In this document: positions 11,540 to 23,846 of the stretch, piece after piece | Numbering within the stretch: the stretch's first letter is position 1 | How the letters are laid out: each line of letters opens with the position of its first letter | Assembly (NCBI GenBank): GCA_008632985.1 | Contig: QPGO01000058.1 | Location: forward strand, 186,001 to 250,000 | Direction: 5' to 3' | Length of the DNA stretch: 64,000 bases | Origin: Psammoneis japonica | Taxonomy: Eukaryota | Translations under genes and position numbers: made by a program | The notes under the pieces: generated by a model | What the model was told of the DNA's origin: nothing | What the model saw: the letters and a program-made list of their open reading frames with translations, nothing else | Database searches by the model: none

Positions 11540-12960
11540 ACAAGCCAGCTGTCTTGAGCACACACAGTGATGGAGCATTGTCCAGTGTCAATGAAGGAGG
11601 TCACACTGCCTTGCCTGTGTGACTAAAGTTCTGGATTCTGGGGGGCAGTGGTGGTGGGCAGTCTGGGTCACACAGCTGGCCGCTCACTTGTGGGGCCCAG
11701 TTGAAAGCCCGTTGGACTTAAAGAAAGACCAGCCAGTGGTGTGCCAAAATGGTGCACCCAACAAAACCTTGCAACTGCACCAGCAGCAGACCCATTGTCA
11801 TTGTGTGTGTCAAAGCTTGCTTTGTTTTGGGAGGGGGGTGAGAGCAAGATTCACCCCCATCACATCTTTGAAAAATGCAGCCCATTTTTGTCAAGGGCAG
11901 CACTGGCACACTGCTCCACGAGCAACAAGACAGCAAGAAAATGACTGGTGTAAGAGAAGGTGGTTGGGGCAAGAGCTGTCACACTTGCAGCTGTGGTCAC
12001 ACCCCCATGCCTTTGCCTTGAAATTGCAGAGGCCTGGGGGAGCATTTGTCTCCAGAAAAAACCAAACCTGGAACAGAGAGAATGGGTTTGTGGCCAGAGC
12101 CTCATTGTGTGACCCATGATCTGCAGCTTGCCATGGTGGCTTGCAGCTGTCGCTGCTTGTTGAGAGGTTGGTTGTGGCCATTTTGGACTTGCTTTGGCCA
12201 CAGCCAAAGTGGCGGGCTTTTGCCTGCTTCCATCATTGTGATGCTCTCATCCTCTGCCAGATTGGCATTGTCCCACAATCTGTCAGCAGCAGCACCTTTT
12301 CCCAGCAATTGACCCCCCTGTGCACACCATGATGTGACCAAAGAACCAAGAAGGAAACCAAGAAATGGAGAGAGAGAGAGAGCAGCACTCTTGCTGCTGC
12401 ACCTGAGTGTCTCTGGGCTCTTTTGTGGTCTTGCTTGGCTGTCATGACAAGACAGCCTCTTCTGCAGCTGGCTGGCTGGAGACAAGCACCACACATCATC
12501 ACACCCAACACAGTTTTATTTGCATGCTTTTCAGCTTGCCAGCCTCCAGAAGGTGAGCCTTTCTTCTCTCCTCTTCCTTTTGTGTGCGCCCCGGTGTGTG
12601 TGGGGGGGGTCTCTTTCCTGTGGATTTGCTTGCCTTTTTTTGCCATCCTCTCCCTTTCTCTGTCTCCTCTAGATTGGGAGAGCATGGGTTTGTGGAAGCT
12701 GGCCCTCCCTCCTCATTCATCCTCCTCATCTGTGACAGCTGCTGCATGCTGTGCAAGAGCTCTCTTGTGTCTTTTCAGCATGTTTGTTCTGGCGGTCAAC
12801 ACCAAAAGACAACCCCCTCGCACTTTTGACATGGGAAATGTTGTGCGTGCAAGTTGATGCATGATTTTCACTGTAAGACCACTAATGTAAACCGAAAGCG
12901 TGCAATCACAGAGCAAAATTCAAAGTGGTGCATCATGTTCAATGAGTGTGTGCGGTTGGC
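11540..12960. other. TpA/CpG-depleted island 2 (unidentified decayed repeat)
   Basis: Abrupt loss of TA and CG with TG/CA excess. Overlapping ORFs are almost Tyr-free and no domain is recognisable. Confidence 0.8.
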
Positions 12961-13739
12961 GGGAAGTTTTGTTCGTGCGTGAAAGTTTCGTGCCGCCGTG
13001 AGCGTCAATGATGATTACTCCATTACTAATTCTCTGTAGAATTCTACGTACCAGTATTGTCGCTGTCGCCCATTTTGAACCACCAATTTGAGATTCGTCC
13101 CGTGGTTTCTACATGATTTCAGTATTGGACTATATTGTAGAAGATTCGATATCTGACACCAGATTGCAGTTGTCACCGCCAGCTGATGTTCGCGAAATTT
13201 GGAAAAAAGCATCCATCATGTAGAATGTCAAAAAGAATGACGCACAATTCCAACGTCATACAGTATTCCTACTGGATACAAAAGAATCAAATCACGTTTG
13301 AACTTTCGCCGGTACATCTCTACGAGTGTCTACGTAGGGAAGTTCGTGCGTTGAATTGTACTCGGAGTAGCCACCAATTCGGGATTTGTACTGGTTTACG
13401 TAGATTTGTACGTGTGACACCGCGCCGTCAAAAAGCAATCAATGCAAGCAGTCAATGCCACTTTTTTCAGCGGTCAACCAAGACCCATCGCCCGCGTTGC
13501 GTTGTTTTGTAACAAAAAGCGCTTGCTCCAAAGGATGAATTGGTATGAGAAAACGAACACGCACGCCATGGTGCTGTTGTTCAGTCGCCGATTAATTCCT
13601 CACAACATTGATTAACCCGGGCTCTCTTCTTGCCTGAGCGGTGCTCCTGACGTTGCTTCTCTTTTTTTGATTGTCGCTAGAAGACTCCTTCACCTCGATT
13701 GATTCAAAACCCCATATTCCTTACGCTCTACGATATACA

Positions 13740-14437
13740 ATGAACGTCCCTACTGTTTCTGTTCCAGATCTCTCCAAGCTCTTTGCTGGAGACGAGGAAG
13801 ACTGGGAAGTAGCCTCAGTCGCACCTACTGAGGTTTCCCAAGAGGATGACCTCCGCGAACCTCTTCAGTGGCAGTTTCACGGCCTTACGCTCTTTCTCGA
13901 ACTCCAAGAGTATAACGAGGACTTGACGAATGCCTGTCGCGACGCCTCAAAATTGTATGGAGTGGAGCAAATCCCTCAGCCTCATGCCACCGCTATTTAC
14001 GGCATGACCCACCTTTCTCAAGAAGAGGCGACTGCGCTGTTGCACAAGATTCCGTCTGTCATTGACAAGTGGCCAATCTTTCAAAAACCGGTTGGAGTCA
14101 AGCAGGACATTGCCCAAGTCGGCAGACCGGGACAAGTGTGCAACATCTCTTGGGCTGAATTGACTCTGGCCTCCAATGATGAGCACGAGGCGGCGCTGGA
14201 TGCAGTCTACGAGCTCTTTGGCATGGGCAAGCGCACTGGCCTTGGACGCCACACAACTCCATCGCCTACGATAATCCCGAAGATACTGTCTTGTCGCTAG
14301 TTGACATTATTCAGTATCTCGCGATGCACCCCACCCTCTTGACGAAGGAGCGTGGTGTTGCGGCTATATCCTTGTGGAGTACGGAGGGGAAAATGGGGCA
14401 ATGGGAATGTATTGATAGAGTTTACTTTGACGAATAG
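13740..14437 (+). CDS. 2H phosphoesterase / cyclic phosphodiesterase-like protein (one frameshift near 14240)
   Basis: Two HxT/S motifs: PHATAIYG and, after a 1-nt shift, WTPHNSIAYDNPE...SLWSTEG..QWECIDRVYFDE*. Confidence 0.75.
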
Positions 14438-15125
14438 AGATTGTGTTAGATTGTCCTGCTCTACACTGAGCAGGACTTTGTGGTTCCCAATGCAGCTTTC
14501 TATGTTCTTTTGTAGCCTAGTACTTGCCTAGCATAACGGCGTCTCGCATCCTTGACGATAATACTTGTCCAGAACGAGTACGTCAACATTGATCGAGCAA
14601 TCGGAAAGTATTGACACTGAGGTTACATAGACGAATAGAGATTGTCCTGCTCTACTACACTGAGCAGGGTTGTGTGGTTCCCAATACGGTACTGTGTACA
14701 GCTTTCTGCTTCTATGATTTTCTCTAGCCTGCCGGTAGTAGTTGTCTGCTTCTATCATGGAATGCATACAGTACGGCGTCTCTCAACCGTTGACGAGAAT
14801 AATTCTATCTTGGTCGAGAAAGGGATGCATTGATCGAGCAATGGGAATGTATTTATAGAGTTTCATAGAGTCTACTTTGTCGAACAGAGATTGTGCTCGA
14901 TTGTCCTTCCTGCTCTACACTGAGCAGGACTTTGTGGATCCCAATACAGCTTTCTATGATTATGTGTAGCCTCTACGTAGTAGTTGCTTGTTGCTTTAGT
15001 ACAACGGCGTCTGGGTATGCATTGATCGATTTTCATTATACACAATCTTGCTCTACAGTACACTGAGCGTGATATGTGGTCCTGTGTCCCATTACAACTT
15101 TCCGCGTTCTTTTTGTAGTCTAGAG
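14398..15125. repeat. About four degenerate tandem copies (200-240 bp) of the 3' end/UTR of the 2H gene
   Basis: gcaatgggaatgtatt...tcctgctctacactgagcaggactttgtgg recurs near 14398, 14598, 14838 and partly near 15050. Confidence 0.85.
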
Positions 15126-15150
15126 TATGTACAGTATCATTCTATCGTAG

Positions 15151-16454
15151 TCAGAGTTCCTTTTGTTTCTCAACTTGCTTCGTCAAGATGAAACGCTCGT
15201 ATCCCCAAAACACCGAGACGAACACAAAGACATACAATCCAACGACAGCATAAAGTGGAGCGTCAATGGGATGTACCAAGGCCAGCGCCCCACCGAGGAG
15301 TGGCCCCATCATGCCGGCAGCGCTCTCCACGGCAGCCAAAATGCCAATCAGTCCGCCAATTCGTCAGAGGATGCCATTTTGCTAGTGTCTGCCGTCAGAA
15401 TCGTATTGACGACACCAAGCGCCGTTACAATGCCGGCAAACATAACGTACACAGCCGAGAGACTTGTCGTTTGGAAGGCAATGTACCTTCCAATGCCAAG
15501 CAGGACGCTGCAAACCAACAACACATTGACGCGGCCCTTGTTCGTTTTGACTCTAGCCAAGACGCGCTTGGCCACCAGACCTTGCGAGAGGGCATAGGTG
15601 AGACCGATAAACGACATGAATTTACCGTGGTCAGATGGTCCAAAGTCAAATCGCTCTTTCAAAGATACAGTCCAAATGGTGCTGAAGATATGAAATGCCA
15701 AGGCCATGGCGATACGAAGTGTCATGAGGTAGATGGCAGCAGGAGACTTGGCGGCCGGTACGTTTAGAAAGCTCCAAATGGACGATGACGACGATTTCGT
15801 TACTGACGATTCCTTTGAACGCTTGACATTTGGTATTTTCCACACCAATACTCCAGAAAGCACAGTAGCAACGATTCCAATGACTGTTGCTTGTTCGAAT
15901 GTTCTCAGCAACGTTGCTCCGACGAGCGGTCCGGCCATAAATGCCAGTCCTACAGACATGCCCAAGACACCAACACTCCCCGCACGGCCATCGTCTGAAT
16001 CTGTAATTTCGTTCTGATAATCACTTAAGAGTGCCTTGAGCACATTGAAATTTTGTTGAAAGAGCGCACCGGGAATCATGCTCAGGTACATGCCCTCAAC
16101 CGAAAACGTACACGCGGCAATCACGAGACCTGCCAACGACGCGACTGTGCCAATCACCAAACATAATTTTCGACTTGAATCCGACCATCGACCCATGAGC
16201 GCCGAACCCAACAATTGCAAGGTTGATCGTACCGATGTCATGCTTCCAAAACACATGGAATCGCATTCAAGTGCATCTCGGCGGCTTTGCAAATGAGGCA
16301 TGACCAAGGAAAAACTCAGCACCAGGAGCGCCAATGACAGCGAACCGTATAATGTTCCGTCGCGTAATCGCTTCTTAGCATCAACTTGTTGTTTTAGGTC
16401 ATGATTGATCAGGCTTTCTTGTTGTATTGTTTTAACTGTTGTTGTTGAACACAT
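15151..16454 (-). CDS. Major facilitator superfamily transporter (one frameshift near 15360)
   Basis: Multiple TM segments and motif A LMGRWSDSSRK, plus VGLAFMAGPLVGA. It continues in ORF 15151..15339 (IGGLIGILAAVESAAGMMGPLLGG). Confidence 0.85.
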
Positions 16455-16792
16455 TTTTGTTTGCTGTTCTCGTGATGCGTGTAACCTTTTGTTGGTTCGC
16501 TTCTTTACAAGCTTTCAAACCTTATGAGTCTTCCAATGGTAAAATGAAAAGTCAGGAACTACAGTACTCGAGTCAGTGAGAATACTCATGATGTCTTCTC
16601 ACATTTTCCTTCTTGTTCCGTTGCCACGTGCCAGTGTCGTTGATGCCGTGGTGCGTGGGACGAAGAATGACACAGGCATCGGCGCGAAGCACGACTGGAC
16701 GCGACTGCCTTTTTCCCGCCAAAAACAAGCGCGATGCGTCGCGCGCGGAATGGGCGGGCCAACCGGCCAATCGAGAAACAATTGCTGTCACC

Positions 16793-17437
16793 ATGGCGAA
16801 CGCCGCCGCAAAGAAGGCCGCTGCTGGTAAGAATACAGTGTAGAAGCAATAAATATCATGCGAGTCGTTAGTTTCCAAGCTCCGTGATTAGTTGTTGAAT
16901 CATTCTTTCAATAGTTCTGCTGAAGATTGTTTGACGCTCACACTTCACTCCGTTTGTGTCAGGCCGGGCTTCAGCGAAATCAACTTATTTTCCTCTCTTG
17001 TTGGGTACCAACCTAGTCTATGTGCTGCTTCGACTTTGGTTGCAAGAATTAGACTCGATTCTACAAACATGGGAAATCGTAAGAACCTTGCTGCTTTGGG
17101 GAGTCCAGTGGTATGCATATGTTGGTATTTTGGAGGACGCTGCAAACAACACGATAGCGACAAATCCGCACTTGTCGGAGGAGCTTCCTTGGATTTGTTA
17201 GGTTTGACTTGGCTCGTTCAGTTTGGTACCGTTCTTTGGAGTCCGAAATTTTATTGGCTCTTGTTGATATTGCCACCGTGGGCGGGTTGGAAACTCTATT
17301 CTGCTTTTGGATCGGCCATGCCATTTGGAGGGAAAGATACTCCGCCAGAAGCACCAGCTGCAACAACAAATACCAATTCACAAGCAGACGCGAAACGACA
17401 AAAGCGAGCAGAACGTCGTCGACAAAAGTGGTCCTAA
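16793..17437 (+). CDS. TMEM208: TMEM208/SND2 (DUF788) SRP-independent targeting protein; intron 16827-16962, frameshift near 17150
   Basis: Starts MANAAAKKAAA with a gtaag...cag intron. Contains LDLLGLTWLVQFG..KFYWLLLILPPWAGWKL and the basic tail KRQKRAERRRQK. Confidence 0.75.
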
Positions 17438-18044
17438 ATAGTTGTTTGCCTTGCCCAATGTGGCGCTATTTGAAGTGAAACTTGCGACACTTACAAAGTT
17501 TTCAAAATGCACATGTCTACAAGTCAAAGCGAGACTTGCGTCTCCTGCCAGAAGCACAAAACTGACCAAAAAATCAAGTCCACTGTAATTCTGTAAGCAC
17601 ATTATTTTAGCTACCAGCATGTCTCTAGTAGATGAACTCAAGTCTACTTTCGAAGCAATGAAGACCTCATCCAGCGCTTCCGGTTTAGCCGCGGTTCTTG
17701 TTACTGGTGGGCTTCGAAGATAGAAAGACGGCTTTACATAAGAGGTACAGAACCTAATAAGGCGGTCCATACTGACAGTAACTCTCAAAGTGCCCTCATG
17801 GAACGGCAAGCTAAGCGAGAAGCGAGCGAGCGAGCTCATTTTCAAGGGCTTGCAGCCCATCAGCCTGAAATCTATTGATGCGCGTTGTTGAGCTTGCGCC
17901 AAGCAAAACCCAAAACGCCGAGAGAACTCCCAGAAGCGAACAACAGCAACACAACAATAGCAAGAGAAACCAGTAAAGTAACAGGACAAGCATTGTACCA
18001 ACTCCGAGCGAAGCGGGAAGCGACAATAGGAATTCCAGTGCATC

Positions 18045-18901
18045 ATGTCGAGCGAAAGAAGTTTAGGATTAGGCCGTGATTCCAAGGTCAAGATTTTGCG
18101 AGAGCAGGCTATTTCACAGCTGGAAGATCTGCTTGCCCTCAAGCTCGAGGAGGTTGCGATCCTGCAGCAACAGTTGGCCACACTGAGCAAGGATCATGTT
18201 CGAGAGACGTACCTGGTGGATCCTTACGGAGACTCGGGATTGTACACGGGGCAAGTCAAAGATGACAAACCAAACGGGAAAGGTACCATGAAGTATGACG
18301 ATGGGAGAGTGTTTGTGGGGTCGTGGTCAGAAGGGAGATGGCATGGCCAAGGCCGGGCGACGTTTGCCAATGGAGATTCATACGATGGTCTCTATCGGTA
18401 CGACCAACGCCATGGGAAAGGTGTCTATGCCTGGAACGATGGAAGAATCTATGACGGTGAATTCGTGAATGATAAACGTGAGGGCAAAGGATCTTACACT
18501 TGGCCAGATGGCGCAAAATATGAGGGCAATTTCAAGGATGGCCAACACTATGGAAAAGGCTTGTATCGTTTTGCAGATGGAAGCGTATACAATGGTGAAT
18601 GGAAACGTGGAGTTTACAATGGACACGGGGTGTGTACGTGGTCTGATGGACGCGTCTACTCGGGAGGTAATGTTTGTTGTGTTCTTGGGACGAACACGGT
18701 AGTCTATGCAAGTTATTTGTTGCACTTGTCCGTTAACAAATTCATTGTTTTGTTTACATAGAGTGGAAGATGGGTAAGGCTCACGGCCAAGGCAAAGAGA
18801 CGAATCCTGATGGGACGACTCGTCACGAAGGACTCTGGCACTACGATGACCCAATAAACCCTGACGGAACGATTGTACAAGACGACTATGATGAAGAATG
18901 A
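18045..18901 (+). CDS. MORN-repeat protein; intron ~18667-18761; the start is uncertain and may lie upstream
   Basis: About eight YxGxWxxGxxHGxGxxxxxDG repeats. The last exon reads EWKMGKAHGQGKETNPDG...EE*. Confidence 0.85.
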
Positions 18902-19133
18902 GAAGAAGCGAGAAGCGCCAGGAGTGATGTCAACAGCCGGCAACTATGAAAGAAATGTTAATAAGTTAAGCGACGTGAAATATTGCAACGTATTGTATAA
19001 TGCATCTGTAGGCACCGCTCGAGCGCTTCCAGTTTCAATTCTCCTTTTGATTTTCTCTTTTGTTGTCAGAGTGCCCCAATCATCGCCTTGACGGTATTCT
19101 CGACCGTGAAGTTGATGTGCAACCCATCTGTAA

Positions 19134-20876
19134 CTATCTTTCGAACGTCTCCAAAATCATTTCACCCTCTGGTTTCTCTTCTGTTGACAAACAGGGTACG
19201 TAGGCTTCCCCTTGATTGTCTACTCGATCGCGACGTTGATGCGCGACCCATGGTTCTGTTGGGCGCCTTTTCGTGATTGCCCCAAGGATTGGAAAATACG
19301 AAGTTCCGCTGACATAAATGTTTTGAAAATGAAAGATAGTTTTAAAGCTGTCTGCGAATTCCATCCGTTGCTTCCTTCCTCTCACACTCTGCTGCCCCTG
19401 AGAGCTGACCTTGTCTTTCAAGTCGGGATTGATGAGAATGACGGGTCTATCGCCAGCGGCTTCTACCATCTCTTGGAGCGGTTGAATGATGGAGGACTCT
19501 ATGCCTACCATAGACTGAGGACACAGGAGAATAAATACATCATCTTGCTCCACGCGATTGCCGTCACGATCCGTATGGGCGTTCACTACATGCTCCTTTC
19601 CAATCTTGCCAAAGTTAACAAAATCTCCCACCATGCCCTCGTTTTCTTCGCCCGGTTCAGACTGCCAATCCATTCGTTCCAGTATTGTCGCGACTCCATT
19701 AAGTTGCTTCGGGACTCCAGTAAAAATCCCTACTCCCATTGAGCCTTGAACGCAAACGCGCACTCGTAGGTTTTGCTCAGCCAGACGAATTGCAATAGCT
19801 CTGGCCATTTCAAGAAGAGTTCCAATCCTTTGGACAAAGCGAAACGAGTAATAAACAAGTTTAGAGAGTTAGAACCAAATTCGGCGACATCTAACAAAAA
19901 CGTCGCATAGATGTGTTCGAGTGCTTTGTGTCTTACCGATAAGAGTCCATTGACGGATTAAGTTCTGGAAACATTGTCACCATCTTCATGCGATTGGATA
20001 TCTTGTGTTCGGAACACAAAATAACAGCTTCAAGGGCTGCGTCTGCCGCCATGTCGTAAAAGTATTGACGAACATATCGATTATGCGGTACTTGGTTCAA
20101 ATACAGGTCCTCGCGTATCTCTCCAACCTTTTCGCCTCCTATTTGAATGCCCAGTTGAATCAATTTACCCGTGACGGCTGGAAAATGTGCAATCTGACAC
20201 AATCGATTCAATCTCCTCACCAAGTCGTCCACGGGGTTTGGACTGCGAGGAACGGGAGGCATTGTTTGAACCCGTCTCTTCACTGGATCGGCATCTAATG
20301 AAAAGATAACTCTTTCCGTTTGTGGATTGGGTTTACTCCGAATTGTAATCGTGGCCTCTAGCTCAAGGTTGTCGGCGTCAATGTTCACCAATCGCGCCTC
20401 TTTGATCATGTAAGAGCCACCGCTAAACGCATTTTTCTTCGCCTGAACTCGTCCAAGTTCTGTAAACGTTTCTGCAAAGGCTGTCAGTAAATCTGTATGG
20501 TGCTTATTTAGATATCCCATCGCAAAGTCCAGCTAATCAAATACCAAAATGTGGCAGGAAGACAAACGATGAGCACAGGGGTGAGGCGACGCGTCAGGCA
20601 GAAAAGCATCTGTAACGTTTCCTCTTAATCACACCTCACCTGTTTCTCGTCTAAGTTTGATGGAGTCGAAGTGGCAGTCATCCAGAGCGGGGTGCGAGAT
20701 TTACATCTGCGACCTTGGTTTTCTGCTCTCGGAACCGAATTCTCCCACCTGCCAGCATGGCGGAATGGAGTATTACTCCATGTTGGCGAGAATCCACCAA
20801 CGGTAGCGAACCAATCAATGGAGAAAGCAGCGCAGAAAAGGAAACTCAAAGACCTCATCATCGCAAAACGATACAC
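19134..20876 (-). CDS. Plastid-targeted DUF2470-like + DUF1995 protein, 3 exons (20876-20640, 20532-19937, 19827-19134)
   Basis: GT-AG introns join in frame to give FPELNPSMDSYRIGTLLEMAR..RVRVCVQGSMGVGIFTG and RPVILINPDL. The N-terminus has a signal peptide followed by GF and YLNKHHTDLL. Confidence 0.8.
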
Positions 20877-21340
20877 ACCCAGGTTCTATAAGAGCAGCAA
20901 CAAAGAAGATGACGAAATACAGACAGCGACTAGAGTAGAGAAGACTGAAGTCACAACACACAAAACAGAACAAAATAGCCACCAGCGCAAAGTGCCAAAC
21001 TTGAAAACGGCGACAACAAAACCGCGCGCGCGAGACAAAAGATTCGTGACGTCACCGAATCTTCACACTTCAACTTTCATGAAAAATGAGATTCCCTCTT
21101 CTCGAATTCCCTCAGAACAGTGACGTGGTGAGCGATTTTGATTGGGCCGCGACCGAACGGCAACAGTCAAAATTGCCGCCAACAGCGAAACTCAAAAACG
21201 CCACCTCGCCAGTGCCTCCACGCATGGTCAATGCTCACGCATTCGTCCTGCCAAGCCTGTCGGACTGGGCTTGGTCGATACGATACGGTGTGCATCTGCT
21301 TCGTTTCCATCCTTGTATCCCATCATCGTTCGCAGTCACC
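20877..21340. promoter_or_regulatory. Bidirectional promoter with TGACGTCA (21047-21054) and TGACGT (21121-21126) bZIP-type sites
   Basis: Lies between divergent genes. Near-palindrome ATTCGTGACGTCACCGAAT. Confidence 0.4.
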
Positions 21341-22789
21341 ATGAAAAAATGCGGAAAACTTAGTCTTTTGCTACTTGTTGCGCTGAGCATGCGAGATAGT
21401 GGGGCCTTTACCCCTTCATCGTTGACGTCGCGACAAATGAGATCCAGCCAGCTGAGCATGGCTGGAGTTCCTTTTGTGGAAGAGTGGAAGGTAGATAGAA
21501 TGGGTCGACTCACAGGAATTGTGACTAATCATCCCGTGATTGAAGATGGGGATGTGATAACGACAAGCACTCTTGCGGACCCAAAAGCTGTAGCTGCTCA
21601 GACTGTCGTGGAGACACGCAGCGGATCAAAGTATAAGCTCGGAAAGCCAAAGAATGCTCCTAAAGCAGTTCCAAAAATTAACGGTCAGGAAGCAAAGCCC
21701 TCTACGACACAACAGCCCCTTCCATTTCTCGGTGGATTTCTATCCAAGCCGAAGCCAGCTAAAAAGTCGCCGTCCAAGTCGGTGCCTGTCAAGAAGAGTC
21801 CATCCGTACCTGTTGCAACGAAACCACGTGTCGAGAAAGAAAAATCACAAGCGGATGATGCAAAAGCACTGAAAGCTGCACAGCTACAAGCAAAACGAGA
21901 ATACGACCTTAACGGCGAAACAGTCGGAGATGGTCAGTATTTGTTGGTTGGTAAATCCAAACGCAGCACATCTGGAAAGAGTAGCATTTGGACTGCCTAT
22001 CGATCTGACGGCAACGGACTGCCTCAGGGGGATCCGGTTATAATTAAACTATCTGCTAACCAAGAGGTTCTCGAGCGAGAAACCGCAAACTACAAAAGAG
22101 TGACAAGCGGCTTGAGACGTGGCATGTTTGTAAACTTTTATGAGTTTATTGATCCTGCTGGAACAAGCACCTCAATGAAAAACAAATGTGCCCTGGTAAT
22201 TGAGAAAGGTGATCAAGATATGAAATCTTATTTTTCCCAGAACGGGGGAGTTGGATTGACCGGATCCGATTTACGTAATGCTGCTGCAGCTGCAGCACAA
22301 TGTATTCAGGCCGTCCATGCCTGTGGCCTTGTCTGGACTGATCTCAAGGCTGAAAACTTGGTTGTGTCGGAAGATAGCAACGGTGAATTGTTCTTTCGGG
22401 GTATCGACTTGGAAAGTGCCATGCCAAACAATGACAACCCGGTCGATTATAGTCCAGAAGCTTGCCCTCCTGAGTTTGCCGAGGCATTCTTGGCTGGTGA
22501 TGGTCCTTACTTTGTCTTGAACTACAGCTATGACATTTGGTCGTTTGGAATGGTCTTGTACGAATTAGCAACGGGACGTGCATACTTTGGCGGAAAGAAA
22601 CCGGCCCAAATCACCAGGGCGCTCAAAGTTCCTGGATATGAGTGGCCTGTGGAAGGAATTGAGGACAGTTCTCTTGAGGACTTGATTAAACAATGCCTGA
22701 AGTCGGATCCGAAGAAGCGACCATCGATCGGACAGATACTATTGCATCCCTATTTCTTGAAGACAGGAGTCGGCCCCTTCAGTTTTTAG
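21341..22789 (+). CDS. Ser/Thr protein kinase with a probable bipartite plastid presequence
   Basis: Hydrophobic signal followed by SGAFTP. Kinase motifs IIK, WTDLKAENLV, IDLE, YSPEACPPE, DIWSFG and DPKKRPSIGQILLHPYF. Confidence 0.88.
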   Translation: MKKCGKLSLLLLVALSMRDSGAFTPSSLTSRQMRSSQLSMAGVPFVEEWKVDRMGRLTGIVTNHPVIEDGDVITTSTLADPKAVAAQTVVETRSGSKYKLGKPKNAPKAVPKINGQEAKPSTTQQPLPFLGGFLSKPKPAKKSPSKSVPVKKSPSVPVATKPRVEKEKSQADDAKALKAAQLQAKREYDLNGETVGDGQYLLVGKSKRSTSGKSSIWTAYRSDGNGLPQGDPVIIKLSANQEVLERETANYKRVTSGLRRGMFVNFYEFIDPAGTSTSMKNKCALVIEKGDQDMKSYFSQNGGVGLTGSDLRNAAAAAAQCIQAVHACGLVWTDLKAENLVVSEDSNGELFFRGIDLESAMPNNDNPVDYSPEACPPEFAEAFLAGDGPYFVLNYSYDIWSFGMVLYELATGRAYFGGKKPAQITRALKVPGYEWPVEGIEDSSLEDLIKQCLKSDPKKRPSIGQILLHPYFLKTGVGPFSF

Positions 22790-22880
22790 GAGGCAGATCA
22801 AATAGAATATATGACAGAATGAGCGGTTTCTGAGGCTTGAAACTATATAAAAGCGTTTCTCTATGTTTGTTTGTTATTTC

Positions 22881-23846
22881 CTAGTAAGCAGGAACAAACT
22901 CAGCAGGGATTACAGCCTGAGGTTTGGATTCGCTCTCCTTCTTCACCCATGCGGTCGCTTGCTTTAGTGCGGCTTTGCTGATGAAACTCCTGACCGGCCC
23001 TGGAACAGCGCCTTTTAGCTTGACGTCGCATGCATAAAATACACGGGTGCAGCCCTAAAAAGCAGTATGACAAAAGTTGGCAATCATCAGTTGGATTCAC
23101 TTTTGAAAGCATGGACACATCAAATCGTTACTTCAAGAGTTGGCAATCATCAGTTGGATTCACTTTCTTGAACGCACGGACACATGAAATCGTTACTTCA
23201 TACTCACGGGTTTGCTAGGATGCTCTTCCAAATGCCAATGCCCTGCGACATCATCAAAGTCGCACTTCCTATCATAGTCTAGAGACCACACTACCGAGTC
23301 GCAGTCCGGGTCATAGGTATGATCATAATAGTTCTCATACTGCGAGTGGCGGGATACAATTCAAAACGTGAGGAGGCTACAGGTTGAAGGCACACCTCTT
23401 GAACAAGAAACTTGACATACCGAATAGCCTGGAATAACACTAACCACCATCTTTGTCTTGATGCAATGTGTCCCGTCGTCGAGTTTTTTGACCTTGTAGT
23501 TCTTGCATTCCTTCACTTTTGGAACCTTTCCAACATAATCGTTCAAATTGAGAATCTGATTTAAAACTGCAGATTTAGGAGCTTCGACATCCTGGATACA
23601 AATAGCTCGTCCTCCAGCTTCCTTTTCGTCCTCGATTTGTTTCATGACTGGTTTTCCCTTTCCCAGAATCTCCTCGTCTTTCTTTCCCAAGGCGATCATG
23701 TCGAAAGCACCTGGTTTGTACGGTGTTAATTTGCCACGATGATCATGCCCAATGCTGCGGTCGACTTTCTTGGATTCCACGGAATCGCAATGAATGAGAG
23801 CGAAAACAACGGCAAAAGCCACAAACATCGAAGATAGACGGATCAT
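22881..23846 (-). CDS. Signal-peptide protein with an SRPBCC/START-like (polyketide cyclase-like) fold, 3 exons
   Basis: In-frame splicing gives DVEAPKSAVLNQILNLNDYVGKVPKV...WSLDYDRKCDFDDVAGHWHLEEHP..GCTRVFY...ATAWVKKESE. The second intron holds a ~62-bp tandem duplication. Confidence 0.75.

Noticed and set aside
11563..12875. Tc1/mariner TIRs (ACAGTGA / TCACTGT) around island 2
   Set aside because: Only 7 bp match and no transposase is visible.
14398..15125. CRISPR-like array
   Set aside because: Long degenerate units without unique spacers, no cas genes, and a eukaryotic context.
17378..18190. 270-aa minus-strand ORF
   Set aside because: Antisense shadow of the MORN gene region with no motifs.
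21086..21340. 85-aa N-terminal extension of the kinase
   Set aside because: The signal peptide begins at ATG 21341, and the upstream part reads as promoter/UTR.
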